Origin: an uncultured Actinomycetes bacterium
GTDB taxonomy: Bacteria; Actinomycetota; UBA4738; HRBIN12
NCBI GenBank assembly: GCA_963832225.1
Contig: CAWHTI010000012.1
Location: 623,499-687,498 of the forward strand
DNA: 64,000 nucleotides
Reading direction: 5' to 3'
In this document: one piece after another, positions 37,233-47,001 of the stretch
How the letters are laid out: the number at the start of each line of letters is the position of its first letter
How positions within the stretch are numbered: the stretch's first letter is position 1
Translations under genes and position numbers: made by a program
Notes under the pieces: generated by a model
Database searches by the model: none
Told to the model about the DNA's origin: nothing
What the model saw: the letters and a program-made list of their open reading frames with translations, nothing else

Positions 37233-38525
37233 CTACCCGTGATAGCGGGCCAGCGCGAATCGCCCGTTCAGTCCGTTCGGGTCCGGATAGGATCCGCCCG
37301 CCGCCACGATGGCTCCGTCGGGCTGGATCGCGATCGCGCGGGCGGCGTCGTAGCCCCGGCTGAACGACGTCACGATCCATCCGTCGCCCCCGAACGACGT
37401 ATCGAGCTCGCCGGCGTCCGTATAGCGGGCGAGCCCGAACCGGGACCGCAGCCCGTCGAAGCCCTCGGTCCCCGCCACCACGATGTCGCCGTCGCCCTGG
37501 ATCGCGACGTCGGCGACCGAGTCGTCGGTGCGACTGAGGTTCGTGATGACCGTGCCGTCGCCACCGAACGTGGGGTCGGGATCACCGTCCGGCTCGTACC
37601 GCACGACGCCGAACCTGCCGGTGTACTCGCAGCAGAAGCCGGCCTCGCCGGCCACGACCAGGTTCCCCTCGGCGTCGATCGCCACGGAGCTCGCCGAGTC
37701 GTAGCCGTCCGTGAGGTCGGTCGTGACGACCCCGTCGCCGCCGCCGAAGCTCGGATCGGGAGTGCCGTCCGGGCCGTAGCGCACCACGGCGAACGACCCG
37801 TCGCCGCCGGTGCCGGCCACGACGATGTTCCCGCCGGCGTCGATCGCCACGCCGGCGGCGCTGTCGTACCCGTCGGCGACGTCGGTGCGCACCGAGCCGT
37901 CCCCGCCGAACCCCGGGTCGGGGGCGCCGTCGGGCTCGTATCGGGCCACCGCGAACCGTCCGTTCGCCGTGCCTGCGACGACGATGCGTTGGTCGTCCTG
38001 GATCGCGACGTCGGCGGCGCCGTCGTCGCCGGGGGACAGGTTCGTGACGACGATGCCCGCGTCGCCGAAGGTCGCGTCACGGGTCCCGTCCGGATCGAGG
38101 CGGACGAGCGCGAATGCGCCGTCGAACGCGGTGACCGCCGCCCCGCCGGCCGCCACGACCCGGCCGTCCGCCTGGATCGCCACCGCGGCGGCGGCGTCCT
38201 CACGCGTGGCGATGTCGACGGTGACCACCCCATCCCCACCGAACGCCGGATCGAGGTGGCCGTTCGTCCGGTACCGGGTCACGGCGAATCGCCCGTAGTA
38301 CCGGCGGGTGCTGACCCGACCCACCGCCACCATCTTGCCGTTGGCCTGGATCGCGACGTCGTTGGCGGAGTCGTTCGCCCGGGTGATGTCGGTGATCACC
38401 CTGCCCGCGTCGCCGAACGAGCGATCGAGGTTCCCCGATGCGGCGGGGGCGACGTCGGATCCCGCGACCACGGCACACGCGGCCAGCGCGAGGGCTGCGC
38501 AGAGCGATGAGGCGCGATGTCGCAC
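37233..38525 (-). CDS. Secreted delta-60 repeat protein (paralog of 4934..6235)
   Basis: Signal peptide and the same LDxSFGxxG...AIQxDGxIVxAG...(V/A)RY unit, about 7 copies. Confidence 0.8.
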   Translation of the reverse strand: MRHRASSLCAALALAACAVVAGSDVAPAASGNLDRSFGDAGRVITDITRANDSANDVAIQANGKMVAVGRVSTRRYYGRFAVTRYRTNGHLDPAFGGDGVVTVDIATREDAAAAVAIQADGRVVAAGGAAVTAFDGAFALVRLDPDGTRDATFGDAGIVVTNLSPGDDGAADVAIQDDQRIVVAGTANGRFAVARYEPDGAPDPGFGGDGSVRTDVADGYDSAAGVAIDAGGNIVVAGTGGDGSFAVVRYGPDGTPDPSFGGGDGVVTTDLTDGYDSASSVAIDAEGNLVVAGEAGFCCEYTGRFGVVRYEPDGDPDPTFGGDGTVITNLSRTDDSVADVAIQGDGDIVVAGTEGFDGLRSRFGLARYTDAGELDTSFGGDGWIVTSFSRGYDAARAIAIQPDGAIVAAGGSYPDPNGLNGRFALARYHG

Positions 38526-38610
38526 GGGCGGTGTCCTTCTTGGATGGCCGATCCGAGGGTGAGCCCGCGGCGGTTGCGTGTCAACGGGCCTGTGGAGGCG
38601 AACGCGGCAG

Positions 38611-40263
38611 CTACGCGGGCAGGACGTGCGCCGGCGGCGACCACCCCGGGGCGGTCGAGGATCCTTCGGCCCGCAGGCGGGCGCGGAACGCGATGCGTCC
38701 TCCTTCGGGGTCGGCCTGATACAGCGCCGAGGGGAGGTGGGTCCCGCGGATCCACGGTTTCCACGGGCCGCCGCGGAGACGGACCTGCACGTCGGCGATG
38801 AGCCCGGCGGCGAGGTCCTCGGCCGCCCACGTCACCTTGACCGTGCCGGGGCCGAGTCGCGGCCGCGACCTGGCCGCCGGACGAACGCGGACGGTCTGGG
38901 CCGTATCCGACGTGATCTCGGTGACCGGGAACGTCCCGGCCGAGATGAACCGGTACGTGAACGTGTCGGCTGGGGCGAGCGGCCCGGAGTCGAAGAGCCC
39001 GAGGCCGGTGCCGTCGACGAGCCGTCGCCCGGCGCCGCCGGCGGGGACCGTCCAGGCGATCGCGGTGCCGTACGACACCGTCACGGTCGCGGGCTCGAAC
39101 CCGGCGGACGACGGACGGGACGGGCAGAGCCGCTCCGCGATGGCCCCGTGGCGGCCGCCGCCGAGCGTGTAGCCGGCCGCCCAGAGCTCGCCCCCGGGCG
39201 TCACCGCGAGGTCCAGGGGGTAGCGGCCGGCGGCGGGGCCGCCGGGCACGAGCGCCCAGTTCCCGCTCGGCTCCAGGTGGATCGGGACGCCTCCTCGACT
39301 GAGACCGAGGATCGCCCAGACGTCGTCGTCGGTCACCAGGACGTCGACGAGCCCTCCGCCCCCGGTCGCCGGCAGGCCGGGATCGACGAGGCTCCACGCC
39401 CTCCCGTCCCAGTGCTCGAGCATCGGGCGGTAACCGCCGATCGACCCCGCCGCCCAGACGTCGCCGGAGCTCGAGGCGTCGACGGCGGTCAGGCCGTGGG
39501 GCTGGTCGTCGACCTCCGGGCTGGGCACGACCGTCCACGAGGCGCCGTCCCAGTGCTCGATCAGTGTTCGGTCGCCGACGGGGCGAGCCAGTCGCGGCTG
39601 CCGGCTGCCGACGGCCCACACGTCGTCCGGCGCGATCGCGCGGACGTCGTCGAACACCGCCTGGACGCCCGGCAGGTCCGGCGTAGGGACGCGCTGCCAC
39701 GATGCGCCGTCGAAGTGCATGGCGAGGGGCTGGGGTCGGCCGCCCGGCGCCGACCCGCGAACCAGCCCGGCCGCCCACACGTCGTCCGGGGCCGCCGCGT
39801 CGACCCCGAGGAGCTGACCGTAGACCCCCTCGAGGTCGGGAAGCGGCACCAACGACCAGGCGGCGCCGTTCCAGTGCTGCACGAACGCGTGGTCGCCCCC
39901 GTCCGGCCCCGACCACCAGCCCACGGCCCACACGTCGTCGGGGGCGATCGCCTCGACATCGAAGGCGCCCATGGCGCCGGCGCCGGGCGGGACCGGCATG
40001 GGCACGGCGGTCCAGGCCGACCCGTTCCAGTGCATCGACTGCGCACCCAACGAGCGGTACCCGACGGCCCAGACGTCGGTCGCCGTTCTCGCGTCGATCG
40101 CGCTCAGCGGCGAGTTGAGCGAGTCGACGTCGGGCGTGTCGGTGACGCGCCAGGCCGGGTAGCACGGTCGGTCCCGGACGGCGGCGCTCGCACCTGTCTG
40201 CGTGACCAGCGCGCACACGAGCAGGGACACGTACGTCGCCTGGCGGAGCTTGGAGAGGCGCAT
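38611..40263 (-). CDS. Secreted 7-bladed propeller-like protein (DVWAVG repeats) with cupredoxin-like C-terminal domains
   Basis: Track ORF 38611..40299 trimmed to ATG 40263 (signal peptide). Seven (D/E)(V/L)WA(V/A/I)G motifs spaced about 45-50 aa apart. The C-terminal segment FEPATVTVSYGTAIAWTV...FDSGPL...FTYRFISAGTFPV resembles a copper-site-less cupredoxin. Confidence 0.65.
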   Translation of the reverse strand: MRLSKLRQATYVSLLVCALVTQTGASAAVRDRPCYPAWRVTDTPDVDSLNSPLSAIDARTATDVWAVGYRSLGAQSMHWNGSAWTAVPMPVPPGAGAMGAFDVEAIAPDDVWAVGWWSGPDGGDHAFVQHWNGAAWSLVPLPDLEGVYGQLLGVDAAAPDDVWAAGLVRGSAPGGRPQPLAMHFDGASWQRVPTPDLPGVQAVFDDVRAIAPDDVWAVGSRQPRLARPVGDRTLIEHWDGASWTVVPSPEVDDQPHGLTAVDASSSGDVWAAGSIGGYRPMLEHWDGRAWSLVDPGLPATGGGGLVDVLVTDDDVWAILGLSRGGVPIHLEPSGNWALVPGGPAAGRYPLDLAVTPGGELWAAGYTLGGGRHGAIAERLCPSRPSSAGFEPATVTVSYGTAIAWTVPAGGAGRRLVDGTGLGLFDSGPLAPADTFTYRFISAGTFPVTEITSDTAQTVRVRPAARSRPRLGPGTVKVTWAAEDLAAGLIADVQVRLRGGPWKPWIRGTHLPSALYQADPEGGRIAFRARLRAEGSSTAPGWSPPAHVLPA

Positions 40264-40381
40264 CGGGCGATGTAAGCATGGCGGGACCTCGAGGGGCAAC
40301 GGGGAGGCCGAGCGCGGAACGGGCAGAGCCCCCGAGCGTTCGCCCGGGGGCTCTGAGGATGCTGGGGAACGGGTCGCTGCG

Positions 40382-40723
40382 CTACCTCGTGATGCCGCCG
40401 TAATAGTCGCCGACGCGCTCCCGGTACTCCGGCCTGCCGAAGGTGTCGGGATCGTACTCGGGGGAACTCTTGATCTCGTCCTTCGTCAGGTCCGCGAGCA
40501 CCCTGCGGTGCTCCAAGTCGATCCGACCGATCCGGCTGGCAGGGATCATCACCTTGCGGCCGAAGATCCACGGGCCGGTGTCGACGACGACGAAGGAGCC
40601 GCCGATCTCGTTCGTGGCCTCATCGATCTTTCCGACCTTGCCGTCCCGCGCGTCGACCTCGAAACCCTCGAGGTCCGGTGGGACGGCCACGTCCGATCGG
40701 TAGGTCCACAACTCCACGATCAT
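40382..40723 (-). CDS. PRC-barrel domain protein
   Basis: Track ORF, GGGAGGTGG SD. The pattern GFEVDARDGKVGKIDE...VVVDTG...KVMIPASRI is typical of actinobacterial PRC-barrel proteins. Confidence 0.7.
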   Translation of the reverse strand: MIVELWTYRSDVAVPPDLEGFEVDARDGKVGKIDEATNEIGGSFVVVDTGPWIFGRKVMIPASRIGRIDLEHRRVLADLTKDEIKSSPEYDPDTFGRPEYRERVGDYYGGITR

Positions 40724-40841
40724 GTGGCACCACCTCCCTGAAATTCCTATCTACCCGCTGCGCGTGGCACGGACACATCGGATCGGGGCGCCCAGGCGGA
40801 CCAGATCGGTGCGCCCCGAGCCCAGGGCGCAGACGTGGGCC

Positions 40842-41243
40842 CTACCGCAGGGCGTCGATCGGGGCCGTCGTCACGAGCCCCTCGACGCTGCGTGCCAGGT
40901 CCGCGTCCAGGGTGACGAACGCGTCCGCCTGCAGCTGCGTCAGCGCGACGTACTCAGCGTCGTACGTGGAGTCCCACCCCAGCTGATCGGCGATCTCCCA
41001 CGCCCGACGTCGGAGCACGGCGTCGCCGAGCAGCCGGATCCTCATTCCCCGCGGCCCGATGCGAAGGAGGAGGTCGCTCGCGTCGTCGGCCGGGATCTCG
41101 CCGCGCCGGACCGCCTCGTGCAGGGCCGACAGCGTCTGTGAACGAAGGAGCGTCGGTGCCAGGAGTTCGTGCGCGTCCGACACCTCGATCCCGGCGGTCG
41201 CCAGGTGCAGCACGGTGCCGGCGTCAACGACGAACTTCGTCAT
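40842..41243 (-). CDS. PIN domain protein (VapC-like toxin candidate)
   Basis: Track ORF. N-terminal VVDAG (Asp), central acidic residues, YDAEYVALT and TLDADL, which follow the PIN acidic quartet layout. Confidence 0.7.
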   Translation of the reverse strand: MTKFVVDAGTVLHLATAGIEVSDAHELLAPTLLRSQTLSALHEAVRRGEIPADDASDLLLRIGPRGMRIRLLGDAVLRRRAWEIADQLGWDSTYDAEYVALTQLQADAFVTLDADLARSVEGLVTTAPIDALR

Positions 41244-41420
41244 GCGGGACCTCGGATCGGTTGTGGGATGGGTGCGATCCTACCGGTGTCGCCGACGCGG
41301 GTCAGGGTCGATCGCGCGGGTACGCACCGGGCCGTCCACGCCGTACGCGCCGATACGTCGCACCGCGCACATGCCGTTCCTCGCAGCGCGTTCCGACGTC
41401 GGGAACGGAAGCGTGCGCAC

Positions 41421-41450
41421 TTGACTCCCGCCGTCAACGTCACCTATGGT
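41421..41450 (+). promoter_or_regulatory. Candidate sigma-70-type promoter for the giant gene
   Basis: TTGACT (41421-41426), an 18-nt spacer, then TATGGT (41445-41450, TAnnnT), about 100 nt upstream of ATG 41552. Confidence 0.3.
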
Positions 41451-41669
41451 CGCGCCGCGAAGGGTCCATCTCCAGTGGGCTCGAGGGGCTCCGGCGGCGA
41501 CGGTCCTAGTCGTATCCCGAGCGCGAATCGCGAGGAACGACGGGACTGGCCATGATTCGCAACACACCTCCAGGGGCGCGGATCCGGATGCGCACCCTGC
41601 TCGTCACGGCGCTCGTCCTGACGATGGTCGGCGCGATGGGCGTGCAGCCGGCGCACGCGGCCACATCCT

Positions 41670-44520
41670 CGGCACTGCGGTTCGATGGCGCGAACGACTA
41701 CGTGTCCTTCGGCAATGCATCCGCGCTGGGTCTGTCGAACTTCACCGTCGAGACGTGGTTCCGACGCGAGGGCGCCGGCGTGGCGACCAGCACGTCCAGC
41801 GCCGGCCAGGGCGGCCTCACCTCGGCGATCCCGCTGCTGACGAAGGGCCGTGGGCAGGCGGACGGCTCCGCCCTGGACATGAACTGGTTCCTGGGGATCG
41901 ACACGTCCACGTCGACGCCGCGCATCACGGCGGACTTCGAGGAGGGCGCCACAGCGAACCCCGGGCTCAACCACGCGATCTTCGGCACGACGCCGATCGT
42001 GCAGAACAGCTGGTATCACGCTGCGGCGACCTACAACGGGAGCGTGCTTCGCGTCTACCTCAACGGCACGCTCGAGGCGAGCGCCACCGTGAACCGGGCC
42101 GCCCAGGCCGGTAGCATCCAGCACGCCGCGCTGGGCAGCGGCCTGACCTCCACGGGCGCCCCCGGCGGGTTCTTCAACGGCAGCCTCGAAGAGCCACGCG
42201 TGTGGAACATCGCGCGGACGGAGGCGCAGATCCGCGACACCCTGAACCAGGAGGTCACGTCCGCCCCCGGTCTCGTCGCGCGCTGGGGTCTCAACGAGGG
42301 CAGCGGGACGGCCGCTGCGAACACGGTCGGACCCCCGAACGGCACGCTCCTCGGGACGGCGCCGCTCGCGCAATGGGTGGCCGGCCTCCCGTTCTCGCCG
42401 GACCCGGTCGCCCCCGGCACCTACGGCCTCGCGTTCACCGACACCAACTCGTACGCCACGATGGGCGCGGCCCCGCCGCTCGCGCTCACGACCTTCACCG
42501 TGGAGGGATGGTTCAAGCGAACCGGGGCGGGCACCACCAACACCACCGGCACCGGCGGCATCGTGAACGCGATCCCACTGTTCGGGAAGGGCGCCGCCGA
42601 ACTCGAGACCCCGGCCAACCTCAACATGAACTACCTCGTGGTGATCGATGACGACGCCGACGTGCTGGCCGCGGACTTCGAGGACACGGCTGGCGGCGCG
42701 AACCATCCGATCCGGGGGACGACCACGATCCAGAACGGCCGGTGGTACCACGCGGCCGCCACCTTCGACGGCGACAACTGGAGGCTGTACCTGGACGGGA
42801 ACCTCGAGGCCGACCTCCCCGTCACGGCGACGCCCGAGGCCTCCAGCATCCAGCACTTCGGCCTCGCCACCTCGATCACCTCTACCGGACAGCGGAAGGG
42901 CTATTTCCAGGGCGAGCTCGACGAGGTCCGGGTCTGGGACCACGCCAGGTCGCCGGCCCAGATCGGATCGTCGTTCGACCAGGAGATCACCGCCGCCGCG
43001 GGCCTCGTGGCGTCCTTCGGATTGAACGAGGGCGTTGGCACGGTCGCCGGCGACCAGGCCGGCGACGACGTGAGCGGTGTGATCTACAACGCCGGTTGGG
43101 TGGACGGGTTCTCGCCGGCCCCGCCGCCCCCCACCTCGTCCGACCGGGCCCTCGACTTCGACGGAACCAACGACTACGTGACGTTCGGCGACCCCTCCTC
43201 ACTCGACCTCGCCCAGTTCACGGTCGAGACCTGGTTCAAACGGGAGGGGGTCGGGACTGCAACCACGACGGGCACGGGCGGGATCCCCGACGCTCTGCCG
43301 CTCCTCACGCACGGCGCACCGCAGGCCGAGGGGAGCAACGTCGACATGGACTGGTTCCTCGGGCTCGACCAGTCCTCCGGGGTGCTCGTCGCCGACCTCG
43401 AGCAGGGCGTCGGCGGCACCGGCACGCTCGGCGCGAACCATCCGGTCTCCGGCGTCACCCCCGTGACGGACACCGACTGGCACCACGCCGCCGCCACGTA
43501 TGACGGCACCTGGCGGCTGTATCTGGACGGCCAGCTCGACCGGACACTCGCGGTGAATCAGCCGACGCGGTCGGACACCACCCAGCTCGCCGCCCTCGCG
43601 ACGGCCCTGGAGTCGACCGGCGAGGCGAACGGGTTCTTCGCGGGTGCCCTCGATGAGGCCCGCGTGTGGAACCGGGCGCTGTCCGCCGCCGAGATCGCCG
43701 GGAACATGGATCTCGCGCTGACGTCCGGCACCGGCCTCGTCTCTCGGTGGGGCCTGAACGAGGGTCTTGGCACCAACGTCGGGAACTCGATCGCCGGCGG
43801 AGCGGGCGGCACCGCCACCAACGGCCCGATCTGGGTGAACGGCTTCAGCGCGCCGACTCCGCCTCCGCCGGACCCGGGCAACTTCGCCCTCGACTTCGAC
43901 GGGTCCGACGATCACGTGACGTTCGGCGATCCGGCCGCCCTCGACCTCGCGCAGTTCACCATCGAGACGTGGTTCCGCCGGGACGGCGCCGGGACCGCGA
44001 CGACGACCGGCACGGACGGGATCCCCGACGCGCTCCCGCTCGTCACGCACGGCGGCCCAGAGGTGGACGGCACCGCCGTGGACTACAACTGGTTCCTGGG
44101 GGTCGACCAGTCCTCTGGGGTCCTCGTCGCGGACTTCGAGGAGGGCGTGGGCGGCACGGGACCGCTCGGCGCCAACCACCCGGTCTCGGGCGTCACACCG
44201 GTAGCGAACGGAGGGTGGCACCACGCGGCCGCGACGTACGACGGCGGGACCTGGCGGCTCTACCTCGACGGCGAGCTCGACGCGACGTCGGTCGTGAACC
44301 AGCCCGCGCGATCCGATACGACGCAGCCCGCCGCGCTCGCCACCGCGCTCCTGTCCACGGGCGCGCGCACCGGGTTCTTCGCCGGGGCGATCGACGAGGC
44401 CCGCGTGTGGAACCGCGCTCGGTCGGAGGCCGAGATCCTGGCCGGGATGCAGTCCGAGCTCTCGACCGGCGCCGGCCTGGTGGCCCGGTGGGGGATCAAC
44501 GAGGGCGCCGACGTGCTGAT
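41670..44520 (+). repeat. Four LamG (concanavalin-A-like lectin) domain repeats; copies 3 and 4 are clearly similar at the DNA level
   Basis: Recurring (L/R)(D/R)FDG(A/T/S)(N/D)D(Y/H)V(S/T)FG ... FT(V/I)ETWF(R/K)R(E/D)G(A/V)G ... WHHAAATYDG..WRLYLDG ... ARVWN. Period about 735 bp between copies 3 and 4. Confidence 0.8.
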
Positions 44521-45828
44521 CGACGACTCCGTCGGCGCGGCGACCGGCACCGCGGTCAACGGACCGGCCTGGATCGCCGGGGCGCCCTTCGGCCCGCCGC
44601 CGCCGCCCAACGATCCGCCGGACGCGCCGTCCGCTCCCTCGCCGGCCGACGGCGCGACGGGCGTGCGGACGGCTCCCACGCTCGCCGTCGACGCCTCCGA
44701 TCCGAACGGTGGCCCGCTGGACGTCAGGTTCTACGGACGTCCCTCGGGGCCCGGCCACCCCGGAGGACTTCACGATCGTGGCCATCCCGGACACGCAGCA
44801 CTACGTGGACTCGCCCGCCCGCGAGGCGACCTTCGGCACGCAGACGCAGTGGATCGTCGACTCGAGCGACGAGCTCAACACGCAGGTTCGTGACGCATCT
44901 GGGCGACGTCACGGAGCACATCGACCAGTCGGAGCAGGAGTGGATCTACGCCGACGAGCACATGACCGTGCTCGACGCGAACGGCATCCCGAACAACCTC
45001 GCCCCGGGGAACCACGACATGAGCTCCGCGGGCGTGGCCGGGTTCTACGACGAGTACTTCCCGCCGAGCCGGTACGAGGGCAACGACTGGTACGGGGGCT
45101 ACATGGGCGACGCCGGGGACGGGATCGCGGAGTCGCGGAACCGCCTCAACAAGGACAACTACGAGACGTTCGAGGTCGACGGCCTGGACTTCCTGGTGAT
45201 CCACCTCGAGTACGACATGCCGAGCTACGCGGTGCAGTGGGCGCAGAACGTGATCGCGGCGCATCCGGACCACCGGGTCATCATCAGCACCCACCTGTTC
45301 CTGTCGACGTCGGGCAGCCGTCCCACCACGGTTCTGAACCGGACGGCCGACGGGATGTCCGCGCAGGCCGTCTGGAACCAGTTGATCTTCCCGAACTGCA
45401 ACGTGTTCCTGGTCCTGAACGGTCACTATCCGGGCGAGGCGAACCGTACCGACCCCAACTCGTGCGGCGAGCCGGTGCACCAGCTCGAGTCCGACTACCA
45501 GAGCCGCGCCAACGGTGGCGACGGCTGGCTCCGGATCATGACGTTCGAGCCGGCGCAGAACGAGATCGAGGTCTCCACGTACTCGCCCACGAAGGATCAG
45601 TTCGAGAACGACCCGGACAGCCGCCTTACCCTCAGCTACGACATGCAGGGCAACCCGTTCCAGCGGATCGGGACCGTCCAGACCGTGTCCTCGGGCAACC
45701 GAGCGAGCGTGCAATGGAACGGGCTCGATCTCGCCACCGGCTACGAGTGGTACGCGGCCGTCAGCGATCGCTCGCGCGAGACGCCGGGGCCGATCTGGTC
45801 CTTCACGACGGCGGGCCCGAACCTGCGT

Positions 45829-46990
45829 CCCTCGGTGACCTCGGCCGAGATCTCGCCGTCGGCGCCGATGACGGCGGACCTGCTGGCGGCGAACGTGGTC
45901 ACCGACGATCCGGACGGCGACGCCGTCGACCTGGACTTCCAGTGGCAGCGCGATGCCGGCGCCGGGTTCGCGGACATCTCCGGAGCAACGTCGGGTACGC
46001 TCGACCTCTCATCGGCGGGGGCTGGGGATGAGGGTGACGCGCTCCGGGTGATCGTGACCCCGAGCGACGAGGGTGGCGCCGGCGCTCCGTTCGCCTCGTC
46101 GCCGGTGACGATCGTGAACAGCCCGCCCGCCGTCTCGGTCGCCCTCGACCACCTCGGACCGGGCACGAACTCCACGCTCACCGCGATCGCCACGCCGTCC
46201 GACCCCGACACCGACGACACCGTGACGGTGGCCTACGAGTGGCGTCGCAACGGCGCCGTGATCGACGGCGAGACCGGCAGCACGCTCGACCTCTCGGAGC
46301 CGGGCAACGGAGAAATCGGCGACACGATCACCGTGGTCGTCACGCCGAACGACGGGACCGTCGACGGCGCCCCCGACGACGCGGAGGCGACCGTCGGCAA
46401 CGCGGCGCCGCGCGTGACGTCGGTCACGATCGAGCAGGCGACGCCGCGCACGAACGACCTGCTCACCCTGTCGGTCTCCGCGTCGGACGAGGAGAGCGAT
46501 CCCTTCGACCTGAGCTATCGGTGGGAGCGGGAGACGTCGACGCCCGGGACGTTCGCCGACATCCCGGGGGCGACGGACGCGGCCCTCGACCTGTCCGAGC
46601 CCGGCAACGGCAACCGCGGGCACGTGATCCGCGCCGTCGTCGTGGCGACCGACGCGGGATCGTCGTCGGATCCGTTCGCGTCGGACTCCGTCCAGGTCCT
46701 GAACACGTCGCCCACTGCCACGGTCGAGATCACGCCGGCCACCCCGACGCGGCGGAGCACACTGACCGCGTCCGTCACGAGCGATGACGTGGACGGGGAC
46801 GCGCTGAACTTCCACTACGTGTGGAGCAACGGCGCCACGATCCTGCGGGACCACACATCGGTGAGTCCTACCGATCAGCTCGCGCTGACGGGGCGGATCG
46901 ACGTCGCGAGAGGCGACACGGTCAGCGTCTCCGTGTCCCCGAACGACATGGAGGAGGTCGGGACCGCCGCCGTGGACGACGTGGTGATCG
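45829..46990 (+). repeat. Four ~290-bp Ig-like/cadherin-like domain repeats
   Basis: The unit contains (T/S)xDPDGD.(V/L)..(F/Y).W.R.....F..I.GAT...LDLS..G.G..G..(I/L)R(V/A)(I/V)VTP(S/N)D, seen four times. Confidence 0.7.
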
Positions 46991-47001
46991 GCAACGCCGG
47001 G

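Noticed and set aside
41280-41567. Small minus-strand ORFs upstream of the PIN gene (41240..41443, 41280..41567) as candidate antitoxins
   Set aside because: Their translations are Arg/Cys-rich with no RHH, AbrB or Phd-like pattern. Neither ORF is positioned to couple with the PIN start.
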